Assembly: GCA_963787835.1 (NCBI GenBank)
Contig: CAWBEI010000002.1
Coordinates: forward strand, 704,001-768,000
DNA from: Ignavibacteriota bacterium
GTDB lineage: Bacteria; Bacteroidota; Ignavibacteria; Palsa-1295
Reading direction: 5' to 3'
Length of the DNA stretch: 64,000 nucleotides
The notes beneath the pieces were generated by a model. The model searched no databases, was not told where the DNA came from, and saw only the letters and a program-made list of their open reading frames with translations. Below, piece by piece: positions 50,822 to 59,909 of this stretch; position 1 is the first letter of the stretch, and every line of letters starts with the position of its first letter. Position numbers and translations under genes: made by a program.

Positions 50822-53800
50822 ATGCGTCTATTCCTTGTCATAACTTTTTGCATCGTGGCTGGGCTGGAAGTACCATCCTACGCCCAAACCTCCGCCACGG
50901 GGATTCCCTATTTTCAGCAGCAGGTCCATTACACACTTGCTGCGAAATTCAATGACGATTTCGCCAATCCATCCATTGATGGCACCGGTTCTCTCATCTA
51001 CACCAATAATTCGCCGGACACGCTGCACGAACTGTACTTCCATCTCTACTGGAATCTCTTCAAAAGCGGCAGCTATGGCGAGACCGCACCGGAGCGCGAT
51101 CATTCACCGGACTCGAAATATGGGCATGGTGGGATTGATATAGAATCTTGTAAGCGAGAAATAATAATTGGGCCAACTGTTGACGTCATGCCCGGTGGTG
51201 CGAATCCAGTGCCCCTAAGATATGAGATTGACAATACTATCATGCGAGTATTTCTCGATAAGCCACTTTACCCACGAGGGAAGATGACTATAAGGTTCTC
51301 TTGGCACGGCCTCCTCCCCAACTACGGCATTCGTTCCACCTGGGGATGGCACGATAACGGCGCGCGCAGTTTTGCGACAGCACAGTGGTATCCGCAAATA
51401 TGCGTGTACGATAACCACGGCTGGCACCCCGACCAATATATCGGCATGGGCGAGTTTTATACGGATTATGGCTCGTTCGACGTATCACTGACTCTACCGG
51501 AACGATTTTCGACGGTGGTTTCTACCGGTTGGCAAACCAATCCTGAAGAGACGCTGCCGGATTCTGTGCGTGAACGTCTCGCATTCGCCAAAGCGCATCC
51601 TGATTCCATCGTTCGCATTGCGGATTATTCTGATTTTCAGCCATTTCGAATCTCGAAGGACGCACCAGCGCAGACCTGGAAGTTCCATGCCGACTCTGTC
51701 CGTGATTTTGCGTGGTGCGCTGATGAGGCCTTTATTCGAGACGCCGTCTATGATAATGGCATCATGCACAATGCTTTGTATTGGGAAAATTCCCGCGATT
51801 TCTGGTCGAAGGAAGCCGCAAAAATAGAATTGCTGACCATCCAGACCGATTCGAAATTTGCGGGGCAATATCTCTATCCCAATATCTTCATGTGTGAGAC
51901 GTACGAAGGCGGGATGGAATATCCCGGTATCGTTTTTATTGGCCCGTATTCGGATGGCTCGCGCGATCACGACGCACAGAACACCATGATGCACGAACTC
52001 GGACACCAATGGTACCCGATGATGATGGGTTCCAACGAAACCGATTACGGCTACATGGACGAAGGCTTCAATACCTTTATCACCACCTTTGTGCATGAAA
52101 AATATTTCGGAAGGTGGAATAATTCGTACGGCCCGGGACTGGGCTATAACGATGACGAACGAACGGATAATTATCGCACCGCTCTGTTGCAGCAGCTCTC
52201 CGGCAATCAGGAACCCACCAAGCAAAAGGCCGACCTATATTATAGTTACCGCGATTATGCGGATGCGACGTATCCACATCCCTCGAGCGTGTTTTTTATG
52301 CTGCGCTACACGATGGGTGATACGGCATTCGCTGATTTCATGAAGCTGTATTACGAGCGCTGGCGTTTCAAGCATCCCTACCCCGACGATCTGGAAAACG
52401 CCGCCGAAGACATCGATCGCCGCGAAGGCGATACCAACCGCGTCCGCGCGCGCGGCGATCTCCGCTGGTTTTTCAACGAATGGTTCGAGCAAACCTGGAA
52501 GCTGGATTACACGGTGAGCAGTTTTCATACGACCCCTCGCCTTACCCTCTCCCCTAATGGGGAGAGAGAATTCGATGTGTCCGTTACCATCGAGAAGTTA
52601 CAGCGCGCCGTTATGCCGCTCGATCTCGTGTTCACCTTCGACGATGGAACGACAGAACAAAAATGGATCCCCGTCGATGATTGGCTACGGACTGTTGCGG
52701 ATGAGCGAAGCTATACCTACACCTTTTCGAAGCAGCCAACCAAAGTTGAGATCAATCCCTCGCGTGAATTGCTCGATGTCAATCGGCTGAATAATACCAG
52801 CTCGTGGATTCCGCCGTTGGAGGTTGGGCTCGTCCCGAGATTTTTTGGAGATGTGAAACCGATCGACGAATATGCAGTGCGATCCTTACCGTTTATTGTG
52901 CCACAATCGGTCTTCCAGAATTGGACTGTTGGCTGGACGCTGCTCGGCAGCTATCTCGAACGTAGCGACCGAATTGCATTCGGCATTCGCGAGAATACCA
53001 ACGATCTGAACTGGATCCCTGGTATGGTCACACAATATCATACAGTACTGGACTGGCTCTCGCCGTGGACCGATCTCGATGTCGCCGGTCTCATTCATAC
53101 CCAGAACGAGGAATTCTTCGGGATGCAAATGAGTCAGGCTGTTTATGCTCCGGGGAGCATGAAGGCGCGGCATATCTTCAATGCCGGGTATGATCTTTCC
53201 GGGTACATCGTGTCGAAGCAACCCGCCACGCTCGATCCGGATGGTTCCCTTGCATCTCCAATTCCATTGCTGAACCGCGTCACCGCTGGTTATACTTTTT
53301 ATGACGATGAAACGATAAATCAGTTCAGCGTTGCAGCAGAGTTCGAAAGCGGCGTAGGCGATCCGAGAACAACGTATTCGAAACTTGCTGCCCTCGTCGA
53401 TGACCGCGTGCTGCTGGGTCCGGACTGGAATGCATTCCTTCGATTTTTCGGCGGTAGTATGCAGCCAATAAATGGCAATATCCCCACGCAGACACTCTTT
53501 CAACTTGGTGCTTCGAGCGATCTCGATCAACTCAGCGATCTCTATGCCTCGAATTTCGGCAGCACGGACCGGGATAAAATTCGGAATGCGACGATGAGTG
53601 GTCCGTTCGTGCGGGGATATTTAGTCGATGCGAACAACTATGGCCGCGTTGCCGCAAGCGGGACGTTCGAGCTTGGCAATCAATCGCTTTTTCCATTCTC
53701 CTTCCTTACGGATATTCCTTATGCCGGCAAAGTGTTCGATATGTTCGGCCTCAACCTATTCGGCGACGCAGGATTTGTTACCAATGTCCTCAGCCGAGGA

Positions 53801-54001
53801 GATTTGCCTGGTGTTATTAAGAGCGATCTCGGGATTGGACTTCGATTTTTCGGATTCAACAAGTACGCGCATCGAACAGGGAATTTCGATCTCGACCGAT
53901 CCGATATTCAGATCGATTTTCCCTTGTATCTCGATAAGCCCGAAGATGGATCTAAAAAGCTCGCCCTCCGAGCTGTTGCGGTCGTGAGGCAGGATTTTTA
54001 A
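50822..54001 (+). CDS. M1 aminopeptidase fused to Omp85-like barrel (intact paralogue)
   Basis: Signal peptide; YFQQQVHY, AQWYPQ, GGMEYP and HELGHQW...DEG motifs; GPFVRGY, FGDAG; ends RQDF. Confidence 0.88.
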   Translation: MRLFLVITFCIVAGLEVPSYAQTSATGIPYFQQQVHYTLAAKFNDDFANPSIDGTGSLIYTNNSPDTLHELYFHLYWNLFKSGSYGETAPERDHSPDSKYGHGGIDIESCKREIIIGPTVDVMPGGANPVPLRYEIDNTIMRVFLDKPLYPRGKMTIRFSWHGLLPNYGIRSTWGWHDNGARSFATAQWYPQICVYDNHGWHPDQYIGMGEFYTDYGSFDVSLTLPERFSTVVSTGWQTNPEETLPDSVRERLAFAKAHPDSIVRIADYSDFQPFRISKDAPAQTWKFHADSVRDFAWCADEAFIRDAVYDNGIMHNALYWENSRDFWSKEAAKIELLTIQTDSKFAGQYLYPNIFMCETYEGGMEYPGIVFIGPYSDGSRDHDAQNTMMHELGHQWYPMMMGSNETDYGYMDEGFNTFITTFVHEKYFGRWNNSYGPGLGYNDDERTDNYRTALLQQLSGNQEPTKQKADLYYSYRDYADATYPHPSSVFFMLRYTMGDTAFADFMKLYYERWRFKHPYPDDLENAAEDIDRREGDTNRVRARGDLRWFFNEWFEQTWKLDYTVSSFHTTPRLTLSPNGEREFDVSVTIEKLQRAVMPLDLVFTFDDGTTEQKWIPVDDWLRTVADERSYTYTFSKQPTKVEINPSRELLDVNRLNNTSSWIPPLEVGLVPRFFGDVKPIDEYAVRSLPFIVPQSVFQNWTVGWTLLGSYLERSDRIAFGIRENTNDLNWIPGMVTQYHTVLDWLSPWTDLDVAGLIHTQNEEFFGMQMSQAVYAPGSMKARHIFNAGYDLSGYIVSKQPATLDPDGSLASPIPLLNRVTAGYTFYDDETINQFSVAAEFESGVGDPRTTYSKLAALVDDRVLLGPDWNAFLRFFGGSMQPINGNIPTQTLFQLGASSDLDQLSDLYASNFGSTDRDKIRNATMSGPFVRGYLVDANNYGRVAASGTFELGNQSLFPFSFLTDIPYAGKVFDMFGLNLFGDAGFVTNVLSRGDLPGVIKSDLGIGLRFFGFNKYAHRTGNFDLDRSDIQIDFPLYLDKPEDGSKKLALRAVAVVRQDF
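52532..52570. repeat. Intragenic single REP-like hairpin
   Basis: CTCTCCCC-TAAT-GGGGAGAG at 52547-52566, in frame as TPRLTLSPNGERE. Confidence 0.7.
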
Positions 54002-54056
54002 CCTGGATTACGCTGATTTTTCTGATTGGAATTTCAGCTAATCAATGCGACCGCAG

Positions 54057-54884
54057 TTAGGGTCCCACATTTGCTGTGATCGGCGCAGTGCGGAGTACTT
54101 CCGAGCCATTCATGCGGATACCAAGCGTGAGCGAGGCTGGGCCTGGCGCTAAGTCTGGTGGCGCGGTAAATTCAAGGGACATTCCATCGAGCGTAATGCC
54201 ACAGTTCTCGACAAAACAGCGCCAATTTTTCCCTCCCTGCTCGATATAGAGAAAATTCCCACCGGATAATTTATCCCAATCTTTCATAATGCGGTGATTG
54301 ACGGCCGTCCACTGCTCGGCTGGGGAGAGCTTGCTGAGTCCGATATTCTGTTCCAACTCCTCGCGGGCTTGTTTTTCATCGACGAACCCTTCCGGCACGA
54401 ATCCATCCCCGATCACCTGGAAGTTCGCGAGCGGCTTCAGCGTACCACCCCCTACTTTGATGAGCTTTGCCTCCGGTTTCGGCGCGATCGTTAGCGGATA
54501 CGGAATGCTCGGGTCGGTTCCGTTCACGATATAGACCGTCGCCTTGCCAGGCTGAAAGATCGCGGGCGCCATGAACGTGGCGATGCACGAGTCCCCCACG
54601 CTCTGGTACGAACCAAGCGAAGTCCAGACTTGCTTACCATTTTGCTCGATACGCAGGATGGGAACGTCCGATTTCATCCAGGCAATAAGTTTTTCCGCCG
54701 TGCATTTTGAGCGCGTGATCGCGTGATCGGGATCAGGATTCTCGAAAATAATAATGCCAAGCTGACCGGGAATGATCGCTTTCGGGAGGCTATAGATCTT
54801 GAGTTTTCGGGCGTTCGCGGTCAGTGAGAGAATAAACGTGATCGCTATAAGAGCAGACCACACCGCCAAATAACGTTTCATCAT
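54057..54884 (-). CDS. Secreted hypothetical protein with two Ig/IPT-like repeats
   Basis: Signal peptide; internal duplication IEQNGK...FMAPAIFQPGKA / IEQGGK...FTAPPDLAPGPA. Confidence 0.65.
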   Translation of the reverse strand: MMKRYLAVWSALIAITFILSLTANARKLKIYSLPKAIIPGQLGIIIFENPDPDHAITRSKCTAEKLIAWMKSDVPILRIEQNGKQVWTSLGSYQSVGDSCIATFMAPAIFQPGKATVYIVNGTDPSIPYPLTIAPKPEAKLIKVGGGTLKPLANFQVIGDGFVPEGFVDEKQAREELEQNIGLSKLSPAEQWTAVNHRIMKDWDKLSGGNFLYIEQGGKNWRCFVENCGITLDGMSLEFTAPPDLAPGPASLTLGIRMNGSEVLRTAPITANVGP

Positions 54885-54962
54885 ATTCGCACTACTTTTT
54901 CCGATTCACAACATCGGGATCGGGTAGTGTTTAAACAACAAACCATACCTATCCTGTTCTCG

Positions 54963-56855
54963 CTATTTCCGAAGCATAAGCCATGCGCCCGCTCGTATGC
55001 GTTCAAGCGTGGTATCGGTGGCTGGCGCAAGCCCCTCAGGCCGATACACGCGGAAGACATTGAATCGTGCAAGAGGAAGCGTGGGAATAAATGGCGGCCC
55101 ATTTTCCTGAGTAACATCTTCTAAGATCGGTTCGCCTTGCAGATCGATCAGGCCGGATTGCATAATGAGCATATCTCCCGAATGAACGAAATCGCTGGAT
55201 AGATAATCTTCAACCGGCAACCTCTGCAAAAGTTGTGCGGAATCCGAGACATGTTTTGTGAGTGCAAGAAATTGCTTTGGCGAGTTTAAAATACGAGAGA
55301 TTCCCCACTCCCGTGCCAGCCTGCGAGTAACTAATACTTTGTCGCCTTTCCATTCGGTAGCATAGGGCACTGCCGCAAATTCAAAGAAATTCTGATCGGC
55401 TGTCGGTCCATCCAGATTTGGACGAACGGCACGAGAGTATCGCTGTGTATAGCCGAGATAATACGCGGCAATGGGTTCCGGCACAAGCCAGAAAGCACGG
55501 CGGGTCGAGGTTACACCAACCTTGTCTGGCTTCTCCAATGAAAGCACCGCGTGCGCAAGGCCTGCATAATCGACATCGTTTCGAAGGTATTTGAAATAAT
55601 TGGAATAGGAATTGTGAGCTCCCATTACGAGAAAAAAGATAATTTCATAACGGGCAAGGAAAAGCACAATATCCATTCCTTTCGCTTTTGGAAGTTTTTC
55701 CTCCTTTGCTTCCATAAAGGCGAACATCCAGCGATTTGGATACCATTTCATGAGGCGTTCCAGAGCCTCGAGTACAGCCACGATCAGGATACACCCAAAT
55801 GGAACAAGCACCAATAAATACCGCTCGAACATCCTGCCGAGCACAATGAGCGCAGCCGTTTGCAATAGCAGAAATATAGTGAGGTGCAGCATCGCTTTTG
55901 ACGATCGTACTATAGTGGCGGACTTATCATCTTGCATCAAACTTGCCTTTCCATGCTTTCGAAGAAGCAGCCAAGCCAACAGGAATGATCCTGCGAACAC
56001 GACCTCCGTGATTCCAAAGAAAACAAGATGAATCTTTGAGAGATAATAATTCAACGCATACGAGAACGTATAACTTCCCGCTTTTCCCATGAACGCGAAC
56101 AACCAAACGGATTCATCGTACGGCCAGATCATCAGGGTTACGAAGGCTCCGAACATCATCGCACAAAGTCCTGCACACGCAGTAGAAATGCGATACCGGC
56201 GAGCGACCACGCCACTGAACATCCAAATAGCTCCCGGAACGACGGCATTGTACTTCATGATGAAGGCCAACCCCCAAATACATACCAAATAGAACAGTAG
56301 CATCCATTTGCGCGGAGCTGTACGCCACGTATTCGTGGCAAGGCGGTCGAACCCATAGCAACCAAGCAATACGAAAAACACTTGAAACGGGTCGGCGAAT
56401 AACACTCGGCTAAAGGCGACAGCGAACGGATGCAGCGCGAGCAAAATTGCACTTGCGTTCGCGATCTTTTCATGGAATAACCGGCGTGCCAACCCATACG
56501 CCGCAGCGATCGTGGCTACACCGATCAGCGCCGATGGAATACGCAGCAGGAAATCACTCGCAAGGCCCGCAGTGCCGAGCATCTGCGCGATCATCCAGAC
56601 GAACGGCGCGTTCGACATTGCTTCCCACATCCGCGTGTGATTCTGGATGATGTCGCGCGCGCCCACGGCAACGGTCGCTTCATCCAGCAGCACGCTATGG
56701 GCAGAAAGCCACAGGATCCTCGCGAGAAGACCCAATGTCATCGCCAAAAGAAGCGGCCAATATTGTTTTAAAGTGCGGGAAATAGGATTCTTGAGATGAG
56801 TATTACTAATGAAATGACCTTTGGCAAGCAATTGTTTCATGCCCATCGCAACCAC
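54963..56855 (-). CDS. GT-C (ArnT/PMT-like, family 39/83) membrane glycosyltransferase
   Basis: LLDEA acidic loop motif, LRIPSALIG, many TM helices; start uncertain. Confidence 0.75.
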   Translation of the reverse strand: MVAMGMKQLLAKGHFISNTHLKNPISRTLKQYWPLLLAMTLGLLARILWLSAHSVLLDEATVAVGARDIIQNHTRMWEAMSNAPFVWMIAQMLGTAGLASDFLLRIPSALIGVATIAAAYGLARRLFHEKIANASAILLALHPFAVAFSRVLFADPFQVFFVLLGCYGFDRLATNTWRTAPRKWMLLFYLVCIWGLAFIMKYNAVVPGAIWMFSGVVARRYRISTACAGLCAMMFGAFVTLMIWPYDESVWLFAFMGKAGSYTFSYALNYYLSKIHLVFFGITEVVFAGSFLLAWLLLRKHGKASLMQDDKSATIVRSSKAMLHLTIFLLLQTAALIVLGRMFERYLLVLVPFGCILIVAVLEALERLMKWYPNRWMFAFMEAKEEKLPKAKGMDIVLFLARYEIIFFLVMGAHNSYSNYFKYLRNDVDYAGLAHAVLSLEKPDKVGVTSTRRAFWLVPEPIAAYYLGYTQRYSRAVRPNLDGPTADQNFFEFAAVPYATEWKGDKVLVTRRLAREWGISRILNSPKQFLALTKHVSDSAQLLQRLPVEDYLSSDFVHSGDMLIMQSGLIDLQGEPILEDVTQENGPPFIPTLPLARFNVFRVYRPEGLAPATDTTLERIRAGAWLMLRK

Positions 56856-58368
56856 TCCATTATTTCTCCGCCGTTTCTGGCCCTCTGTCGTCTATCTTGC
56901 CGTGATGGCGATGGCAGGATGGCTCTCGCATTTTGCCATTCTGATCAACGATATTTTCCCACTGAACTGGCAGGCAGAGCATCTTACTATTACCACACCC
57001 GAGAGTTTTTACAACGGCTTTTTCCCCATTGGCTTCCCACTACTGCTGCGCTTGGTGTCTTTCACAGGCAATTCCATTCTTACTCTGATCCTCTTTCAAA
57101 TAGCGATTGCGCCGTTCTATGCAGTGCTCGTTTATCGCTTGATAGACAAACTCGCCCCCGGCCCCAGCGCCGCGATCATACTTCCCCTCGCGCTTTTTGC
57201 ACCGCCAATAATCCACGCCATTCTCGGCGCGACTCCAGATTTTTTTGCTGCGATGGCCGTCCTTGGAGGGTGCCTTTTTATTATTCGCGAGAATGGAAAA
57301 TGGAATTACCTTCTCGCCGGACTCGGAGTGGGATTTGGCTGTCTTTTCCGTTCACATATTTTAGTGCTCGCTGTTACACTTTCTCTTTCGATCCTTCTTT
57401 TTGAAAAAGATCACCGCCTGCGCGCCACTGTAGAATTTTGCCTCGGCGTCCTGCCTTTTGTGATCGCGCAGGGACTGCTACAGGTCTGGTCTGGCCACGG
57501 ATTTTTCGAAAATGCACAAGCCTTCAATATCTGGAAAGCAATGCACGGCATGGATTGGAGCAACCCACCCGCGCTCGCACACACAAGTGCAGTACGTGTG
57601 ATATTAGCAGAGCCTGCATTTTTATTCACATCCACCGGTAAGTGGATCCTCCAAAATTCGCTATACTTCATCTCCTTTGTCGCGGGAACGATCTTTTTGT
57701 TGGTGCATAGAGGAGCGGAAAACTTTGCACGATTTAAACCGCTTCTACTCTTGGCTGTGGCATCGTTCGTGTATCTATTGATCACCTCTGTCGGTAAAAG
57801 TACAAGCGCATTCACGCCGGTCATTCCATTTGCTGCCGCTTGCGTAGTGCCAATGATCGACTTTGTATTTTCCCTCAGCGGAATGAAATTTCTCGACCGC
57901 CATCTTAAGATTCTTGCGGGAGTATGTTGGATCTCTTGTATTATTGGGTTCTATCTGTTTATCGAGGGACAAGCCGGTCGAGTGGAAGACTACGTAAACG
58001 TCGAACGCGTATTGGAATTGCATTCCGTGAGTGCATCATCACCGTCCACAATCGAACGATCGAGTACAACCCTTAAAATTTATACGGACGATTACGATCT
58101 ATATTTTCCAGACCTGCAATATCGCATTCCGCTCACCAGTGGAGGTTGGGCAGCAGTGGGGTTGCCACTTTATCCAAAATATTTTCCACATATTCGCAAT
58201 ATTTCGGCAGAAAAAGAACGAGACGATCTTATCCAAAATGGGATTCAGTGGGCTATTTACCGCACCCCTCCTTATGACCCGCTCGGTTATCAAAATGTGA
58301 AAAGCGATACCTTACACTTCAGGCTAACCTATCGCACTCGCTTTCATGAGATCTATCGCGTTCAGTAA
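56821..58368 (+). CDS. GT-C-like polytopic membrane protein
   Basis: FFPIGFPLLL, ATPD and LAGLGVG..CLFR motifs; many TM helices; likely start ATG 56838. Confidence 0.65.
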   Translation: MASNCFMPIATTPLFLRRFWPSVVYLAVMAMAGWLSHFAILINDIFPLNWQAEHLTITTPESFYNGFFPIGFPLLLRLVSFTGNSILTLILFQIAIAPFYAVLVYRLIDKLAPGPSAAIILPLALFAPPIIHAILGATPDFFAAMAVLGGCLFIIRENGKWNYLLAGLGVGFGCLFRSHILVLAVTLSLSILLFEKDHRLRATVEFCLGVLPFVIAQGLLQVWSGHGFFENAQAFNIWKAMHGMDWSNPPALAHTSAVRVILAEPAFLFTSTGKWILQNSLYFISFVAGTIFLLVHRGAENFARFKPLLLLAVASFVYLLITSVGKSTSAFTPVIPFAAACVVPMIDFVFSLSGMKFLDRHLKILAGVCWISCIIGFYLFIEGQAGRVEDYVNVERVLELHSVSASSPSTIERSSTTLKIYTDDYDLYFPDLQYRIPLTSGGWAAVGLPLYPKYFPHIRNISAEKERDDLIQNGIQWAIYRTPPYDPLGYQNVKSDTLHFRLTYRTRFHEIYRVQ

Positions 58369-59909
58369 CGCATTACCGGAGCGGGAAGCATACCGTTTCC
58401 TTTCTCATTCAACTGACGCAGGAACTCTCTTTTGCAATCGATATAAAACGGACTATTAACATTCAGCAGCCATACCAGCGGATAAGGGAATGCTTCCGTA
58501 GTTGCAACAGCCTCGAAAGAAGGTGATCGTGCAAGACCATAAGCATCTTCAACCCAGCCGCCGGTATCGCGGGAATACACCGGCAACAACATAATATCCG
58601 GCTGCTCTGCGCGAAGAATTTCACCTCTTTCCGCGATGGTATGTGCATGCGCGATTCGTGTATCGTTCAACCCGAAGAGATCGATATGATGAACGTCCGA
58701 CTTATACACAACATATCCGGCATCCCCGTACGCGAATTGAAGCGAATCGGAATGTGGCAGTGTTCGTAGTACCCGAACGATGGGATCCATACTGGCATCC
58801 CACACTTCCTCATGTGCAGCAAGCGCCTGCTGCGTGCGCGGACTGAATACCGAGAGCATTATTTGCACAACAGTCATCAGAACGGTGGGAACTATGAGAG
58901 ATCGCAGGTGCATACGTTGAGCGAGCGCGTGCGTGCCAATGGCCGCAGTAATGCACAGCATCGTAAACACGGGCCAAAGATATCTATCGTAAAGCCCTTC
59001 GAGCGGAAGTACGAATAAGTAAAACGCAAGTAAGGCTACCACCCACAGCACGGGAATCAACACTGCTTTTTCATGCCATTTACGAATCGCGAGCGTTAGC
59101 ACGAGCAACACCAGCATACTTACAAAGAACAATCGAACATATTGCAATCCTGGCAGCAAGGAATGCGGATTTGAAAGGACTTTTACATAGAACGAATTCG
59201 GGAGCCACTCGCCGAAATAACAATACTTCCAGATCGCATATACTATTCCAGGCAGAACAAATGCTATCACAAACGCACGAATGACCTTCTTCAAATTCGA
59301 TCGTTCAAACGGCGGCTTTGATACCATGGCAATGGCCACTAGAATGATCAATCCTATTAATGCACCCTCTGGACGAGTAAGCGTAGCAAGGAACGCAGCG
59401 CCGAACGATAAAAACAATCGATCCCGGACTGCCCAAAGAACAGCAAGTGTTATAAACATCACAAACAGGCTCGTCTCCATCCCACTCAATGCGTTGACCC
59501 ACGTCAGTGGAGTGAAGAGAAAGAAAGCAGCCGCAAGTAAACCAGTCTCTACACTATACGCTTTCGACCCTATTCGATACAGAAGGATACTTGTTATGAT
59601 AGTAGAGACAACACCAACGATCTGTGCAGCAACAAGAAGATCTGATGTGACAGATCGTATCCCGGCGAGAAGCAACACATAGAGAAAATTGGTGTATCCT
59701 TCCGTGGGCGGTCCGCCAACGTTCCACACAAAGCCCAACCCAGCAGCAACATGCTCCGCATAACGAAAAGTGATAAACACATCGTCGAACGGAAATCGTA
59801 AACGGAATTGCCAGATAAGCACGGATATAACAATTCCAACCAGGCCAGCCACGGCTGGATAGAGCTTTTCCAGTCGCCGATGATGAAGGTTCTGCGCCGG
59901 ACTACTCAT
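58362..59909 (-). CDS. GT-C glycosyltransferase (DD-xxI-xxRYA, arabinofuranosyltransferase-like type)
   Basis: FDDVFITFRYAEH, EGYTN, SGMET, TRPEG, PNSFYVK, DAG and IDLFGLND motifs. Confidence 0.8.
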   Translation of the reverse strand: MSSPAQNLHHRRLEKLYPAVAGLVGIVISVLIWQFRLRFPFDDVFITFRYAEHVAAGLGFVWNVGGPPTEGYTNFLYVLLLAGIRSVTSDLLVAAQIVGVVSTIITSILLYRIGSKAYSVETGLLAAAFFLFTPLTWVNALSGMETSLFVMFITLAVLWAVRDRLFLSFGAAFLATLTRPEGALIGLIILVAIAMVSKPPFERSNLKKVIRAFVIAFVLPGIVYAIWKYCYFGEWLPNSFYVKVLSNPHSLLPGLQYVRLFFVSMLVLLVLTLAIRKWHEKAVLIPVLWVVALLAFYLFVLPLEGLYDRYLWPVFTMLCITAAIGTHALAQRMHLRSLIVPTVLMTVVQIMLSVFSPRTQQALAAHEEVWDASMDPIVRVLRTLPHSDSLQFAYGDAGYVVYKSDVHHIDLFGLNDTRIAHAHTIAERGEILRAEQPDIMLLPVYSRDTGGWVEDAYGLARSPSFEAVATTEAFPYPLVWLLNVNSPFYIDCKREFLRQLNEKGNGMLPAPVMRY

